Below, piece after piece: positions 32,512-43,525 of a stretch of DNA of 64,000 nt. Source of the stretch: Alphaproteobacteria bacterium. GTDB lineage: Bacteria; Pseudomonadota; Alphaproteobacteria; UBA8317. The notes beneath the pieces were generated by a model, which saw nothing but the letters and a program-made list of their open reading frames with translations, was not told where the DNA came from and did not search any database. A program made the translations under genes and the position numbers. Every line of letters begins with the position of its first letter. The stretch's first letter is position 1. The stretch is from the NCBI GenBank assembly GCA_038131935.1, contig JAYPQH010000030.1:44067-108066 (forward strand). Reading direction: 5' to 3'.

Positions 32512-33774
32512 TTGGACAAATTTTACAACCGAAGAAGAACAAAAAGATTAAAAATACAAGGTTTTGAGGGTAGGCTTCATGAATGGGCTGTGTTGGATGA
32601 TCGCCGAACAATTTTGTTGGTCACCACCTGCGATAGCCTCTCATCAAGCTGGGGCATTTTGGCGCAAAAGTTGGGGGCTGTGAACCTTAAGCTCGACCCT
32701 TCTGATGAGGGCTTCATGGCCCGTGCTGCGGGGTTTTTGGCGGCAAGGCGTACATTTGGGACAGAAACACCCGCACTTTCTTGTGAGGGCAAACTATCGC
32801 CAACGCAACGGGCTATTCTGCAAGCTTATGGTTCTGCCCTAAAATTGATTGAGGCGCCAACATCACAATTACATGTTGCTGAGTTGGTGCATGCAGGGGT
32901 TATGCTTGCTGAGCAGTATGATGCTAGATGTCAGGTATTTTCTATTGATGACGATCCTGATGCGTTTCCTGCCATCCATGCTGTGGGACGCACGGCTTTG
33001 GGGCGTCCTCAATTGCTTAGGTTTACTTGGGGGAATATTGATCACCCGCGTGTGAGTTTGGTTGGAAAAGGGGTTGTTTTTGATACCGGTGGTCTAAACC
33101 TCAAGCCTGGTCAATCCATGGGTTTAATGCGTAAGGATATGGGGGGCGCGGCTTTTGTGCTCAGTCTGGCATCAGCCATCATGGCAAAAGGTTTGCCCGT
33201 CTATTTGGATGTCCTTATCCCTGCTGTTGAGAATGGAATTGGCATAGGTGCGATGCGTCCCGGTGATATTCTCTCAACGCGTGCCGGTATAAGTGTGGAG
33301 ATTGGCAATACCGATGCAGAAGGCCGTTTGATCTTGGCTGATGCCATGGATTTGGCGGTTGAAGCTCAGCCTGATTTGTTGATTGACGTGGCTACCCTCA
33401 CAGGTGCTGCAAGGGTTGCCATGGGCTTTGACATAACCCCCTATTTCTCAAGAGACCCCAAAACAAGGGTTGATCTATTGTCTATGTCCCAGAAAATAGG
33501 TGATCCATTATGGCCTTTGCCCCTATGGGAACCTTATGAGCGCAAACTTAGATCTGGTTTTGCTGATATCAATAATGTTGGTGATGATGGTTTTGGGGGG
33601 GCGATCATCGCTGCCTGTTTCTTGTCAAAATTTTGTGAAGATGTAGAGGACTGGTTACATTTGGATTTGGCAGCATGGGATCATGGAGATCGACCCGGAC
33701 ATCGTAAAGGTGCAGCCATGGCTGGCTGGTTCTCCATTCTAGCTTACCTAGAGGAACGTTATGGATCTTCATGA
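32512..33774 (+). CDS. M17-family leucyl aminopeptidase-like protein
   Basis: Catalytic-domain blocks VGKGVVFDTGGLNLKP and NTDAEGRLILADA; N-terminal region atypical; true start may be downstream of 32512. Confidence 0.7.
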   Translation: MDKFYNRRRTKRLKIQGFEGRLHEWAVLDDRRTILLVTTCDSLSSSWGILAQKLGAVNLKLDPSDEGFMARAAGFLAARRTFGTETPALSCEGKLSPTQRAILQAYGSALKLIEAPTSQLHVAELVHAGVMLAEQYDARCQVFSIDDDPDAFPAIHAVGRTALGRPQLLRFTWGNIDHPRVSLVGKGVVFDTGGLNLKPGQSMGLMRKDMGGAAFVLSLASAIMAKGLPVYLDVLIPAVENGIGIGAMRPGDILSTRAGISVEIGNTDAEGRLILADAMDLAVEAQPDLLIDVATLTGAARVAMGFDITPYFSRDPKTRVDLLSMSQKIGDPLWPLPLWEPYERKLRSGFADINNVGDDGFGGAIIAACFLSKFCEDVEDWLHLDLAAWDHGDRPGHRKGAAMAGWFSILAYLEERYGSS

Positions 33775-34639
33775 GCGATTTTCTGATCGGCTGCGTGCGG
33801 CACGTGAAGATTTGGCGTGGTCAGGTTTAAAAGGTGATCTGGGCACGGCTCATCTTGTCCCTGGTTTCGTTCGTCAGGTCACCAAACCGCTGGCCCCTTT
33901 ATGGGATGGTCCTCATCTTGATGCATCCCAGTCCAGTACCTTGGTATTCGGACGTTTGTTTAGGGTTTTAGAAACAGATTCCATGCGTTGTTGGGGGCAA
34001 GTGTTGGATGATGGATATGTAGGGTGGATTGATCGTGGGTCGTTGGGTAAGCCCATCCCTACTGACCATGAAGTCATCATGAGGTCCGTGGTCTTGAGCA
34101 GAAAGCCGCAACTCAAAAGTCCTCCACGCGATCATCTCCCTCTTGGGGCCAAGGTCCAAGTATTGGGGTGGATAGATAACGGTTTTGCACAAACCCCTAA
34201 TGGTTTCGTCCCTGCCTCGGCTTTGCGCAAGTCTTATGAAGCCATAGATGCTTCTTTGATCTTACATGTGGGTGAAAGTATGCTTGGTACGCCTTATGTC
34301 TGGGGGGGTGGTGGCTATGATGGAATTGATTGTTCAGGGCTTGTACAAGCACTCTATCGCTTGGTGGAACCAGGGGTGTTGCGTGATGCAGACATGCAAG
34401 AGCAAACCCTAGGGACTCCATGTGAGGGGGCTCATCTTCCCGGTGATTTGCTGTTTTGGCCGGGGCATGTTGCAATCATGTGGACTCATGGGAGGGTTTT
34501 GCATGCATCAGGGCATCATATGCATGTGTTGCTCGAGCCGTGGACGCAAGCCGCTGCACGTTTGGAAAAACAAGTTGGGTCTGTTCGAACCAGACGCCGT
34601 CATCCCATCATGGCTGCTTTGATGAGCTCTTTGGTGTAG
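33761..34639 (+). CDS. SH3b-NlpC/P60 (C40) cell-wall peptidase, probable gamma-D-Glu-diamino-acid endopeptidase
   Basis: NlpC/P60 catalytic Cys block YVWGGGGYDGIDCSGLVQALY and His region GDLLFWPGHVAIM; SH3-like N-terminal part. Confidence 0.7.
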   Translation: MDLHERFSDRLRAAREDLAWSGLKGDLGTAHLVPGFVRQVTKPLAPLWDGPHLDASQSSTLVFGRLFRVLETDSMRCWGQVLDDGYVGWIDRGSLGKPIPTDHEVIMRSVVLSRKPQLKSPPRDHLPLGAKVQVLGWIDNGFAQTPNGFVPASALRKSYEAIDASLILHVGESMLGTPYVWGGGGYDGIDCSGLVQALYRLVEPGVLRDADMQEQTLGTPCEGAHLPGDLLFWPGHVAIMWTHGRVLHASGHHMHVLLEPWTQAAARLEKQVGSVRTRRRHPIMAALMSSLV

Positions 34640-36161
34640 GTTTGCTTGGGCTGGGAAAAAATCTCTGACGTGGTGCCTTTTTCAATCAGCTTTCCTGCTT
34701 TCATAACCAGGATTTCATCGGCCAAAGCTCTGATGACACGGAGATCATGGCTGATAAATATATAGCTCAAATGACGGGTTTCTTGCAGGTGCCGCAGCAA
34801 GGAAATGATATGCATTTGAACGGACAAATCCAATGCGGATGTCGGTTCATCAAGAACCAACAAACGAGGGTTGAGAATTAATGCACGGGCTAGTGCAATG
34901 CGTTGACGTTGTCCCCCTGAAAATTCATGAGGGTAACGATGGCGCATCTCTGGGTCGAGATCTACTTCCCTCAAAGCCTCTTGCACCATGCGATCACGTT
35001 CTTCCGCGGTTAATGAGCGGTGGTGAACCTCAAGTCCTTCTGCCACAATGCGACCAACATCCATGCGCGGAGAAAGGGATCCAAATGGGTCTTGAAAAAC
35101 AACTTGCATCCGGGCACGCAAGCCAGCGGGCGTTTTTTTCAATCGTTGTAAGTTTTGACCTTCAAAAAGAATATCGCCTTGGGAGGAAAGCAGTCGTAAG
35201 ATGGCTAAGCATGCCGTTGTTTTGCCAGAACCCGATTCCCCAACAACCCCTAGGGTCCGGCCCTGAGGCAGTGTAAATGAAAGTCCATCTACAGCTTTTA
35301 TGACATCAACCTGCTTGCGAAGAAGGCCTCGTTTGACAGGGAAATGGACTTTTAGGTTGCTCACTTCGAGTATGTTGTTGTCAGTTGGTTTGCGGATAAT
35401 GGGGGCTGGGGAGAGGCATTTAAAAGCTTTTGTGTGTAAGGATGCTGTGGCTTACGGAAAATATCATCAACAGCTCCTTGTTCAACGACACAACCTTGCT
35501 GCATGACACTGACATGATGAGCCATGGCCTGAACCACATGCAGGTCATGGCTAATCATCAAGATAGCCAAGCCAAATTGTTCGTTAAGGGTTTTTAGAAG
35601 ATCTAAAATTTGCGCTTGGACAGTCACATCAAGGGCTGTTGTGGGCTCGTCTGCAATGAGCAATGCTGGTGACTTGGCCAGCGCCATGGCAATCATGACA
35701 CGTTGCCGTTGTCCACCTGAAAGCTCATGTGGATAGGCCTGGCAGCGCTGTTCTGGGTCGCGGATACCCACTTGGTCTAGCAACGTAACAACGCGTTTGG
35801 GGATGTCTGCTTTAGGAACCCCTACAAGTTCTAACGCTTCACCAATTTGCTTTATTACACGGTGCAAAGGGTTGAGGGATGTCATGGGTTCTTGAAAGAT
35901 ATAACCCAGAGACTCTTTGCGTAACATCACTTGATGGGCAGGGGTTAAGGTTTCTCCACGGAACAACAATGCACCGCTGCATTGAGCAGATGGGGGTAGA
36001 AGTCCTCCAATCGAAAGTCCTGTCAGGGACTTCCCAGAACCCGATTCTCCAACAATCGCATGGATAGCACCAGGGTTGATGCTGATATTGACGCCATTCA
36101 CCACTGGTGGGTTCGGGCCAAATTGGATGGTTAGGTCTTTTATATCAAGAAGTGGGCTCAT
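34600..36161 (-). CDS. yejF: fused double-ATPase of a peptide ABC importer (YejF-like), with a frame change inside the inter-domain linker (~35365-35400)
   Basis: Two complete ABC domains (GESGSGKS Walker A twice; LSGGQRQR twice); a third frame reads ..ILEVSNLKVHF.. across the junction, matching the E. coli YejF linker. Confidence 0.8.
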
Positions 36162-37204
36162 GAATCAGATCCTTGAAAGGTTTTTCGAGGGTCTAAGGCG
36201 TCACGCACGGCCTCTCCAAAAAAAACCAAAAGGGATAAGGTTAAAGCAATCACCACAAAGCCTGTGATGGCCAACCATGGCGCTTCCAAATTGTTTTTGC
36301 CTTGACGGAGTAACTCGCCCAAAGAAGCTGACCCAGCAGGCATACCTAGTCCTAAAAAATCCAAAGAGGTGAGGGTTGTGATGCCCGCATTCAATATAAA
36401 AGGCATAAAGGTTAGTGTGGCGACCATGGCATTGGGTAGGATATGGCGTGTCATGATGGTGCGATCTGAGACGCCTAAGGCACGGGCTGCGCGCACATAT
36501 TCAAAATTTCTGGCGCGAAGGAATTCCGCACGAACCACCCCTACCAAGGTAACCCAGGATGTCGCGGCCATGATAGCCAACAAAATCCAAAAGCCAGGTG
36601 TGAATACCGCAGAAAGGATGATCAACAGATAGAGGTAGGGGATGGCGTTCCATATTTCCACAAATCGCTGAAATAACAAATCAACCCAGCCACCAAGATA
36701 GCCCTGAATAGCGCCTGCCATGACACCAATGAAGGAGGATACCAACGTCAACAGGATGCCAAACAAAACAGATATACGAAAACCGTAAATAAGTCGTGCC
36801 AAGACATCTCGTTGTTGATCATCTGTTCCCAACCAATGTCGTGAAGATGGTGGGGCAGGGGCAGGTTCATTCAAATCAAGGTCGTGGGTATCATAAGAAA
36901 AGGGGATTAATGGCCAAAGCATCTTGCCATCACCTTGCTTAATCAGATCTTGAATAAAGGGATCTTTGTAATCAGGTTCCAAATCAAATTCACCACCAAA
37001 GGTGGTCTCGGGATAATAGAACAAAATAGGTGTATAAATTTCTCCCTTATAGGAGATATAAATTGGTTTATCATTCGCAAGAAATTCTGCACCTAGAGAG
37101 AGCAAAAACAAGAACAAAAAAATGATAGAAGCATAAAACCCGCGTTTGTTTGCGCGAAATAAAGCCCAACGTCTTTGGTTAATGGGGTCTTTGATCCAGG
37201 TCAT
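36158..37204 (-). CDS. yejE: peptide ABC transporter permease (YejE/OppC-like)
   Basis: 348 aa, six TM segments, long periplasmic N-loop; ATGA overlap with yejF. Confidence 0.8.
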   Translation of the reverse strand: MTWIKDPINQRRWALFRANKRGFYASIIFLFLFLLSLGAEFLANDKPIYISYKGEIYTPILFYYPETTFGGEFDLEPDYKDPFIQDLIKQGDGKMLWPLIPFSYDTHDLDLNEPAPAPPSSRHWLGTDDQQRDVLARLIYGFRISVLFGILLTLVSSFIGVMAGAIQGYLGGWVDLLFQRFVEIWNAIPYLYLLIILSAVFTPGFWILLAIMAATSWVTLVGVVRAEFLRARNFEYVRAARALGVSDRTIMTRHILPNAMVATLTFMPFILNAGITTLTSLDFLGLGMPAGSASLGELLRQGKNNLEAPWLAITGFVVIALTLSLLVFFGEAVRDALDPRKTFQGSDS

Positions 37205-38298
37205 GACAGATTTCGGCTTTCAAAATCTATGCGCGGGTCAATCAATGTGTAGGTTATATCCGTGATTAAACCCATCACGAGACCGATCAAGGAAAAAATA
37301 AATAAGGTGGCGAACACAACGGGGTAATCACGCTGTAAAGCTGCTTCAAATGCAAGCAAACCCAAGCCATCCAACGAAAAAATAGTTTCGATCAGTAAAG
37401 AGCCTGTGAAAAATAGCGATACAAATGCTGCTGGAAATCCTGCGATCACGATAAGCATCGCATTTCTGAATACATGTCCATAAAGCACCTTGCGGTCGGA
37501 TAGGCCTTTTGCCCGTGCGGTTATGACATACTGCTTAGAGATTTCATCGAGGAATGAATTTTTGGTCAACAATGTTAAGGTGGCAAAGCCAGAAATAGAC
37601 ATTGCCAACACAGGTAGGGTGATATGCCAAAAATAATCCAAGACCTGTTGGAAAAAAGTCATTTGATCTGCATGATCAGAGGCAAGACCTCTTAGCGGGA
37701 AAATAGAGAAAAATGACCCCCCAGCGAAGAGAACAATCAACAAAATACCAAATAAAAACCCAGGAATCGCATAACCAACCACCACAAGAAAGGAGGTCAC
37801 AACGTCAAATTTGGTTCCATCAAGAACGGCTTTTCGGATCCCAAGCGGTATGGATATCAGATAGGACAACAAGGTGGTCCAGAGTCCCAATGAAATGGAT
37901 ACAGGCAACTTCTCAATAATGAGATCAATCACCGCTATGGAGCGAAAATAACTCTCGCCAAAATCAAATCTTATGTAATCCCACAACATGATGGCAAAGC
38001 GTTCATAGGCAGGCTTGTCAAAACCAAATTGTTTTTCCAGTTCCGCGATAAAAGCTGGGTCTAGCCCTTGGGATCCTCGATAGTCACTATTGGCTGTGCT
38101 GGCGACATCCCCCGTTGCGCCGCCTGTTACCCGTGAGAGGACAGAGCCATGGTCACCTTGCAGTTGCGCAATCATTTGTTCAACGGGGCCGCCTGGAGCA
38201 AATTGAATGATGGCAAAATTGATGAGCATAATCCCCAAAATGGTAGGGATCATGAACAAAAGTCGCCGCAGGATATAGTGACTCAAGGCTTCACCCAC
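37201..38298 (-). CDS. yejB: peptide ABC transporter permease (YejB/OppB-like)
   Basis: 365 aa permease with characteristic N-terminus [24 protein letters not shown]. Confidence 0.8.
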   Translation of the reverse strand: MGEALSHYILRRLLFMIPTILGIMLINFAIIQFAPGGPVEQMIAQLQGDHGSVLSRVTGGATGDVASTANSDYRGSQGLDPAFIAELEKQFGFDKPAYERFAIMLWDYIRFDFGESYFRSIAVIDLIIEKLPVSISLGLWTTLLSYLISIPLGIRKAVLDGTKFDVVTSFLVVVGYAIPGFLFGILLIVLFAGGSFFSIFPLRGLASDHADQMTFFQQVLDYFWHITLPVLAMSISGFATLTLLTKNSFLDEISKQYVITARAKGLSDRKVLYGHVFRNAMLIVIAGFPAAFVSLFFTGSLLIETIFSLDGLGLLAFEAALQRDYPVVFATLFIFSLIGLVMGLITDITYTLIDPRIDFESRNLS

Positions 38299-40061
38299 CA
38301 GATTTCTGGGAAGCCAATGTCATGGCTAGGGAATGGTTCTGGATGGTCAAGTTTGGCATCATAGGCAATACGTTCACCAGGAAAATACCAATTGGGCACC
38401 AAATAATGTCCCCATAACAAAACACGGTCGAGTGCACGGCATGCTGCGATCAACGCCTGTCGGTCTTCCGCGAAGATAATGGCATCCACCAAACTGTCCA
38501 CAACAGGGTCAGAGACCCCCATGAGGTTTCTGCTGCCAGGCCTATTGGCTGCATCACGCGACCAAAAATCACGTTGTTCATTTCCTGGACTGGTTGATTG
38601 TGCAAACCCTGCAGACACCATGTCAAAATCAAATTCTTCCAATCTTTTTTCATATTGGGCCGCATCCACCATCCTGATACGCGCCTCAATGCCAAGGTCA
38701 CCAAGATTGTTGACAAAAGGAGCGACAACCCTCTCACTATCCGCATTGTTAATGAGAAATTCTAGGGTGAATGGCTCACCCTCAGCATTGATAAGGCGGC
38801 CATTGTTGAGTGACCATCCTGCCTTTTTCAATTCAGATAACGCCATGCGCAGTTGACGTCGGCGTTGATAGCCCCCTTGTTCTTCACCAGGGATGATCAC
38901 GGGAGACGTGAAGATTCCCTTTGGGAGTTGATCAGCAAATGGCTCTAACAATGCAAGTTCCTGGCCTTCAGGCAGTCCACGCGCTGCCAACTCAGAGCCT
39001 TGGAAGTAGCTTTTCGTTCGAAAATATTGATCAAAGAAAAGATTTTTATTGAGCCAAGCGAAGTCAAACATTCTTGCAAGTGCTTGGCGCACCAGGGGAT
39101 CGGAAAACTTTGATCGGCGGGTGTTGAAGACAAAGCCTTGCATAGGTTTTACCCCAGCCAATGGCACCGATTGCCTCACGACATCCCCTTTGAGAAATCT
39201 TGGGAAATCATAGCCTGTTGCCCAACGCTTGGCTTGGTTTTCGGTGTGGTAATCATAAACACCCGTTTTGAAAGCCTCAAAAGCAACGGCAGGATCTCGA
39301 AAATATTCTACCCGAATTTGGTCAATATGATGCAAGCCTTTTCGGCTTGCTGTCTGATCTGCCCAGTAATCACGTCGTCGCTGATAGGTGATTTGTTTTC
39401 CAACATCGACATCACTCACCATGTAAGGGCCAGAGGTTATCAATGGTATGAGCGAAGATTCATCAAAGGCACGTTCTTGAAAACTATCGGTGAAGAAAAT
39501 AGGCAATTGGCTAACAATAAAGGGAAGTTCACGGTTGTTTTTTTCATTGAATTCAAAACGGATGGTTTGAGGACCTGTGACGGTGATGTTTGAAACATTT
39601 TTGTAATAATAACGGAAAAAAGGGCGCCCTTTATCCCTTAACAACGAGAAACTTTCTTGGATATGTCGCGGGGTAATAGGTTGTCCATTGGAGAAGGTGG
39701 CACGCGGATCAATCGCAAATTCCACCCAAGAGAAATCTTCAGGATGACGTAATTTTTCAGCGATGAGTGGATATTGTACGGAAGACTCATCCAAAGATCT
39801 TGTCATTAAGCTATCAAGGGTGAAGCCAATGCCTGTAACAGGGTTTCCTTTGAGAATAAATGGATTGACGCTATCAAAACTTCCAATCGCCGCTAGCCGC
39901 ACCGCACCTCCTTGAGGTGAATCAGGGGTGGCATAATCAAAATAAGAGAACCCAGTTTTGTATTTGGGAGGGTTCTCCAAACTTAAAGAGAATTGCCAAG
40001 ACGGGTTAGCGTGCGCCGAAAACCCCCATAAACCAATTAAGAGAATCCATAATGCCTTCAT
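38283..40061 (-). CDS. yejA: family-5 periplasmic substrate-binding protein (YejA-like, ~590 aa)
   Basis: Signal peptide [18 protein letters not shown]; large SBP_bac_5-type protein heading the yejABEF operon. Confidence 0.75.
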   Translation of the reverse strand: MKALWILLIGLWGFSAHANPSWQFSLSLENPPKYKTGFSYFDYATPDSPQGGAVRLAAIGSFDSVNPFILKGNPVTGIGFTLDSLMTRSLDESSVQYPLIAEKLRHPEDFSWVEFAIDPRATFSNGQPITPRHIQESFSLLRDKGRPFFRYYYKNVSNITVTGPQTIRFEFNEKNNRELPFIVSQLPIFFTDSFQERAFDESSLIPLITSGPYMVSDVDVGKQITYQRRRDYWADQTASRKGLHHIDQIRVEYFRDPAVAFEAFKTGVYDYHTENQAKRWATGYDFPRFLKGDVVRQSVPLAGVKPMQGFVFNTRRSKFSDPLVRQALARMFDFAWLNKNLFFDQYFRTKSYFQGSELAARGLPEGQELALLEPFADQLPKGIFTSPVIIPGEEQGGYQRRRQLRMALSELKKAGWSLNNGRLINAEGEPFTLEFLINNADSERVVAPFVNNLGDLGIEARIRMVDAAQYEKRLEEFDFDMVSAGFAQSTSPGNEQRDFWSRDAANRPGSRNLMGVSDPVVDSLVDAIIFAEDRQALIAACRALDRVLLWGHYLVPNWYFPGERIAYDAKLDHPEPFPSHDIGFPEIWWVKP

Positions 40062-40150
40062 GTTTACTCCCTTAACAAACCCTACCACGAATATGTGGGG
40101 TTTTGTGTCGATCAAACAACCATTTTGGATGTAAAAAAGGCGGTAAGGAC

Positions 40151-40714
40151 CTAATTGGCGGCTGGCAATGCAGCTGGGTTGTCAGACAAGCTTCTCAAAT
40201 AGGCAATAATTGCGGCGCGATCCTCTGGTTTTTTAAGCCCAGCAAATCCCATTTTTGTTCCAGGAGCCCAATCTTTAGGATTGTGTAAGAAGCCATCAAG
40301 GTTTTCATAATTCCATTGATCACCGTTGGCATTCATGCCTGCGAGCACCTCTGAGTAGCCAAAGCCATCAGCATGACCAATCGGTCCATTGACCAAACCC
40401 CATAAATTTGGACCAACTTTGTTGGCGCCACCGTTGTCAAAAGAGTGGCAACCAGCGCACTTCTTGGCGACTTTGGTGCCCTTATTGGTCAAATCTGACA
40501 CATCCATTGAGGCGAGTAGCATGACGGTGGAAACCTCTTCCACAGCCTGAGCTGTTTCGGTTGCTGGTTCAGGCTCAGGAACGGCAACTGCATAAGCAGG
40601 CTCTTCCAGTTTGTCTTCGTGAAAAATAACTTCTGCGAAAAAACCAGAAAGCAGAACCACAAGCACGGCAGTCAATACACCACCAGCAATTTTGTTGATT
40701 TCCATCATGTCCAT
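40151..40714 (-). CDS. cycM: membrane-anchored mitochondrial-type cytochrome c (CycM-like)
   Basis: Start MDMMEINK with RBS AAGAGGTGG; N-terminal TM anchor; haem motif CAGCH; class I cytochrome c fold. Confidence 0.8.
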   Translation of the reverse strand: MDMMEINKIAGGVLTAVLVVLLSGFFAEVIFHEDKLEEPAYAVAVPEPEPATETAQAVEEVSTVMLLASMDVSDLTNKGTKVAKKCAGCHSFDNGGANKVGPNLWGLVNGPIGHADGFGYSEVLAGMNANGDQWNYENLDGFLHNPKDWAPGTKMGFAGLKKPEDRAAIIAYLRSLSDNPAALPAAN

Positions 40715-40860
40715 AACAGACCACCTCTTATGTTCGTCACGTTTCTCTTTGCCCTGCATAATGCGAGAAATAGGGTTTGCTCAAGGGGTAAATGCGGTTC
40801 AAGGAGACGCAGGGGCATTTATGACAGCAAAAAAGATCTAAATTGGCGATTTTCACACCC

Positions 40861-41349
40861 TTATACTTTTGTTGATGCTGCGTTGTGGGGCAATAAATGT
40901 AATTCAATGCCAATTTGTTCATACAAACTTCGTTTGAATGGGACGATGCAATCCAGCAACTCCTCATAATGGAACCATGACCAGGCTCTAAATTCTGGAT
41001 GTTCGGTGGCAATGTTGATATCAGCGTCGCGGCCCAAATAGTCCAACAAAAACCATTTTTGCCTTTGACCACGATACCGACCCTTCCAAATGGTGGCTTG
41101 GAGGTCTTCAGGCAGGTCATAATCAAGCCACATAGATGTCACAGCCTTGATCTTAGCCTTGTCTGTCCCTATTTCTTCCAGCAATTCGCGAAAAATGGTT
41201 GTTGATGGGGCCTCTCCCTCATCAATTCCGCCTTGGGGCATCTGCCAGGCTGGTTCAGGATTATCAAGTCGCTGTGCAGCGAATACGCGGCCATCTTTAT
41301 GACGCAATACTGCGCCTACACCAAGTCGATAGGGTTTTTGAAACAGCAT
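40861..41349 (-). CDS. rppH: RNA pyrophosphohydrolase (Nudix, RppH)
   Basis: Start MLFQKPYRLGVG; Nudix box GGIDEGEAPSTTIFRELLEEIG. Confidence 0.8.
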   Translation of the reverse strand: MLFQKPYRLGVGAVLRHKDGRVFAAQRLDNPEPAWQMPQGGIDEGEAPSTTIFRELLEEIGTDKAKIKAVTSMWLDYDLPEDLQATIWKGRYRGQRQKWFLLDYLGRDADINIATEHPEFRAWSWFHYEELLDCIVPFKRSLYEQIGIELHLLPHNAASTKV

Positions 41350-41491
41350 CTCGTCCTCTTTTTTTGTGGGTTTGAGATTTCCATAATGCCTATATGTTGC
41401 GATGTCATGTTGACCGAGGCAGGTCAAGAATATTTGAACATGTGCACCATGGTATGGCGTTGCTTAAAAAATAGAGATAAGTCGAACGATT

Positions 41492-42223
41492 ATGAGCATC
41501 ATGATTATTATACCCGCCCGCATGGCATCAACGCGGCTTCCTGGAAAACCTTTGGCAGACATTGGTGGGAAGCCGATGATTGGTCATATGATTGATATTG
41601 CACAACGATCAGGTCTGGGGCCTGTCTTGGTGGCTGCCGGAGATCAAGCCATTGTAGATGCAGTGGCCGATGTACCCGTTATTTTAACGGATCCTGACTT
41701 GCCTTCAGGATCAGATCGGATTGAGCAAGCATTGCAGGCCTCTGGAGCGACACCAGAAATCGTGGTTAATCTGCAAGGTGATGTTCCTCTTCTTGACCCT
41801 GCTGCACTGCGTGATTGTGTGGAAATTTTACAAGTTTCTGATGCGGACATTGCAACCCTTGTTGTTGCCGTGCCACGCTTGGATATTGCCGATGATACAT
41901 CCTCCGTTAAGGCCGTTGTTGATTGGAAAGACCAACAATTGGGGAAAGCGTTGTATTTTTCTCGTGCGGCGGTACCTTTCGGTCAAGATCCTTTATATTA
42001 TCATGTCGGTATCTACGCTTATAAGAGGCAATCCCTAGCAGAATTTGTTGCAGCCCCACCTCATCCTTTGGAAGAGATTGAAAAATTGGAGCAATTACGC
42101 GCTCTGGGGTTGGGTATGCATATTGCGGTAGGACGCACCCAAGAAATTCCTCTTGGGGTGGACACGGCAGCTGATCTTGAGAAGGCCCGTCAAATAGTAC
42201 AAAGGAAAACCCATGAGCCTTGA
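41492..42223 (+). CDS. kdsB: 3-deoxy-manno-octulosonate cytidylyltransferase
   Basis: N-terminus IIIPARMASTRLPGKPLADIGGKPMI is the diagnostic KdsB motif. Confidence 0.85.
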   Translation: MSIMIIIPARMASTRLPGKPLADIGGKPMIGHMIDIAQRSGLGPVLVAAGDQAIVDAVADVPVILTDPDLPSGSDRIEQALQASGATPEIVVNLQGDVPLLDPAALRDCVEILQVSDADIATLVVAVPRLDIADDTSSVKAVVDWKDQQLGKALYFSRAAVPFGQDPLYYHVGIYAYKRQSLAEFVAAPPHPLEEIEKLEQLRALGLGMHIAVGRTQEIPLGVDTAADLEKARQIVQRKTHEP

Positions 42224-43115
42224 TGAATATCTCTCTTTATCGCACCCCAAGTTACACGCCTTGGGCGGTAGCCCAGAGCAAACAATCGTTTTTCAAGGGG
42301 AGGCTGGTGCATACTCCCACTTGGCCTGTATCGAGGCTGCGCCTGATATGGTGCCTTTGGCTTGTGGAACATTTGAGGAGGCAATCGATAAGGTCCTTGA
42401 TGGTGAGGCTTCTAGGGTTCTACTGCCAGTAGAAAATTCTATTTATGGTCGGGTTGCAGATATCCATCACCTTCTTCCCTCATCAGGTCTATTTATCGTG
42501 CAAGAGCATTTTATGCGGATACAGCATATGTTGTTAGGTTTGCCGCAAGCCAAGATGGCTGATGTGCTCACGGCAAAATCACATGCGATGGCATTGGGTC
42601 AATGTATGCGTAACCTCAAGACATTTGGTATCAAAGCTATTCAAGGTGCAGACACGGCTGGTTCTGCTCGGGAAATTGCAGAGCAAGGTGAACCTCATCA
42701 ATCTGCCATTGCGTCCCAGCTGGCTGCGGCCATTTATGACCTTCAAATCCTCAAAGAAGGTATTGAAGATGAAGCCCATAATACCACAAGGTTTTTGGCC
42801 ATGTCTGCACAACCTCGAGATGCGGAACCGCATGGCGATGTGATGACGACATTTGTCTTTCAGGTTCGGAATGTGCCCGCATCTTTGTACAAAGCATTGG
42901 GTGGTTTTGCCACCAATGGTGTGAATATGACAAAGCTGGAGAGCTATCAAATTGAAGGAAGCTTCCAAGCTACACAGTTTTATGCTGACATTGTCGGTCA
43001 TCCAGAGGATGAACATGTGCGCCGTGCGCTGGAAGAACTGGAATTTTTCTCAAGAAAATTGACCATTTTGGGCGTGTATCCTCAGCATGAGTTTCGTAAG
43101 CTCATTACTTTGTGA
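42213..43115 (+). CDS. pheA: prephenate dehydratase
   Basis: PDT domain (FQGEAGAYSH) plus C-terminal ACT domain; 300 aa. Confidence 0.8.
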   Translation: MSLDEYLSLSHPKLHALGGSPEQTIVFQGEAGAYSHLACIEAAPDMVPLACGTFEEAIDKVLDGEASRVLLPVENSIYGRVADIHHLLPSSGLFIVQEHFMRIQHMLLGLPQAKMADVLTAKSHAMALGQCMRNLKTFGIKAIQGADTAGSAREIAEQGEPHQSAIASQLAAAIYDLQILKEGIEDEAHNTTRFLAMSAQPRDAEPHGDVMTTFVFQVRNVPASLYKALGGFATNGVNMTKLESYQIEGSFQATQFYADIVGHPEDEHVRRALEELEFFSRKLTILGVYPQHEFRKLITL

Positions 43116-43202
43116 GCATATAAACCAGTTAGCAGGCGGAAAACTTCGCAAAAAACATCATCATGCTTGCGTGATGGGATTGAAAATCTTACATAGGAGT
43201 TT

Positions 43203-43294
43203 GGGAGGTTGGCGCGGACGGAATCCTCGCGAACCCGGTCAGGTCCGGAAGGAAGCAGCCGTAACGAGTCTTTTTCGGGTCGTCGCCAATCTCC
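43203..43294 (+). ncRNA. ffs: signal recognition particle RNA (small bacterial SRP / 4.5S RNA)
   Basis: Universally conserved domain IV sequence CCGGTCAGGTCCGGAAGGAAGCAGCC; closing helix GGGAGGTTGGCG / CGCCAATCTCC; lies directly upstream of dnaX as in many bacteria. Confidence 0.8.
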
Positions 43295-43525
43295 TTGATG
43301 ATATCTTCCCACTGAAGAAGGTTCTATCTTTCTAGCGAGGACCTTGAGGCAAGCGATACTGCTCGTTTGGCGAATGAGACGCAAATGGTGCGGGTATATG
43401 CCTTGGGGATGGTGAGTGATCTTTGATGGTGGATATATCAAGATTGTTGGTGTGACATAGTTTTTTACTGTTTTTTTTGTTAAAAACAACTTCAACCGGT
43501 GTTTGTGGGGGATAAGACTGAGAAA

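Noticed and set aside
34600-36161. Two separate OppD/OppF-like ATPase genes
   Set aside because: A third reading frame bridges the junction with a YejF-type linker, and the second ORF only starts at GTG. This is better explained as a single fused yejF with an indel.
43082-43495. ORFs 43082-43495(-) and 43087-43335(+)
   Set aside because: They overlay the SRP RNA gene and its flanks and are artefactual.
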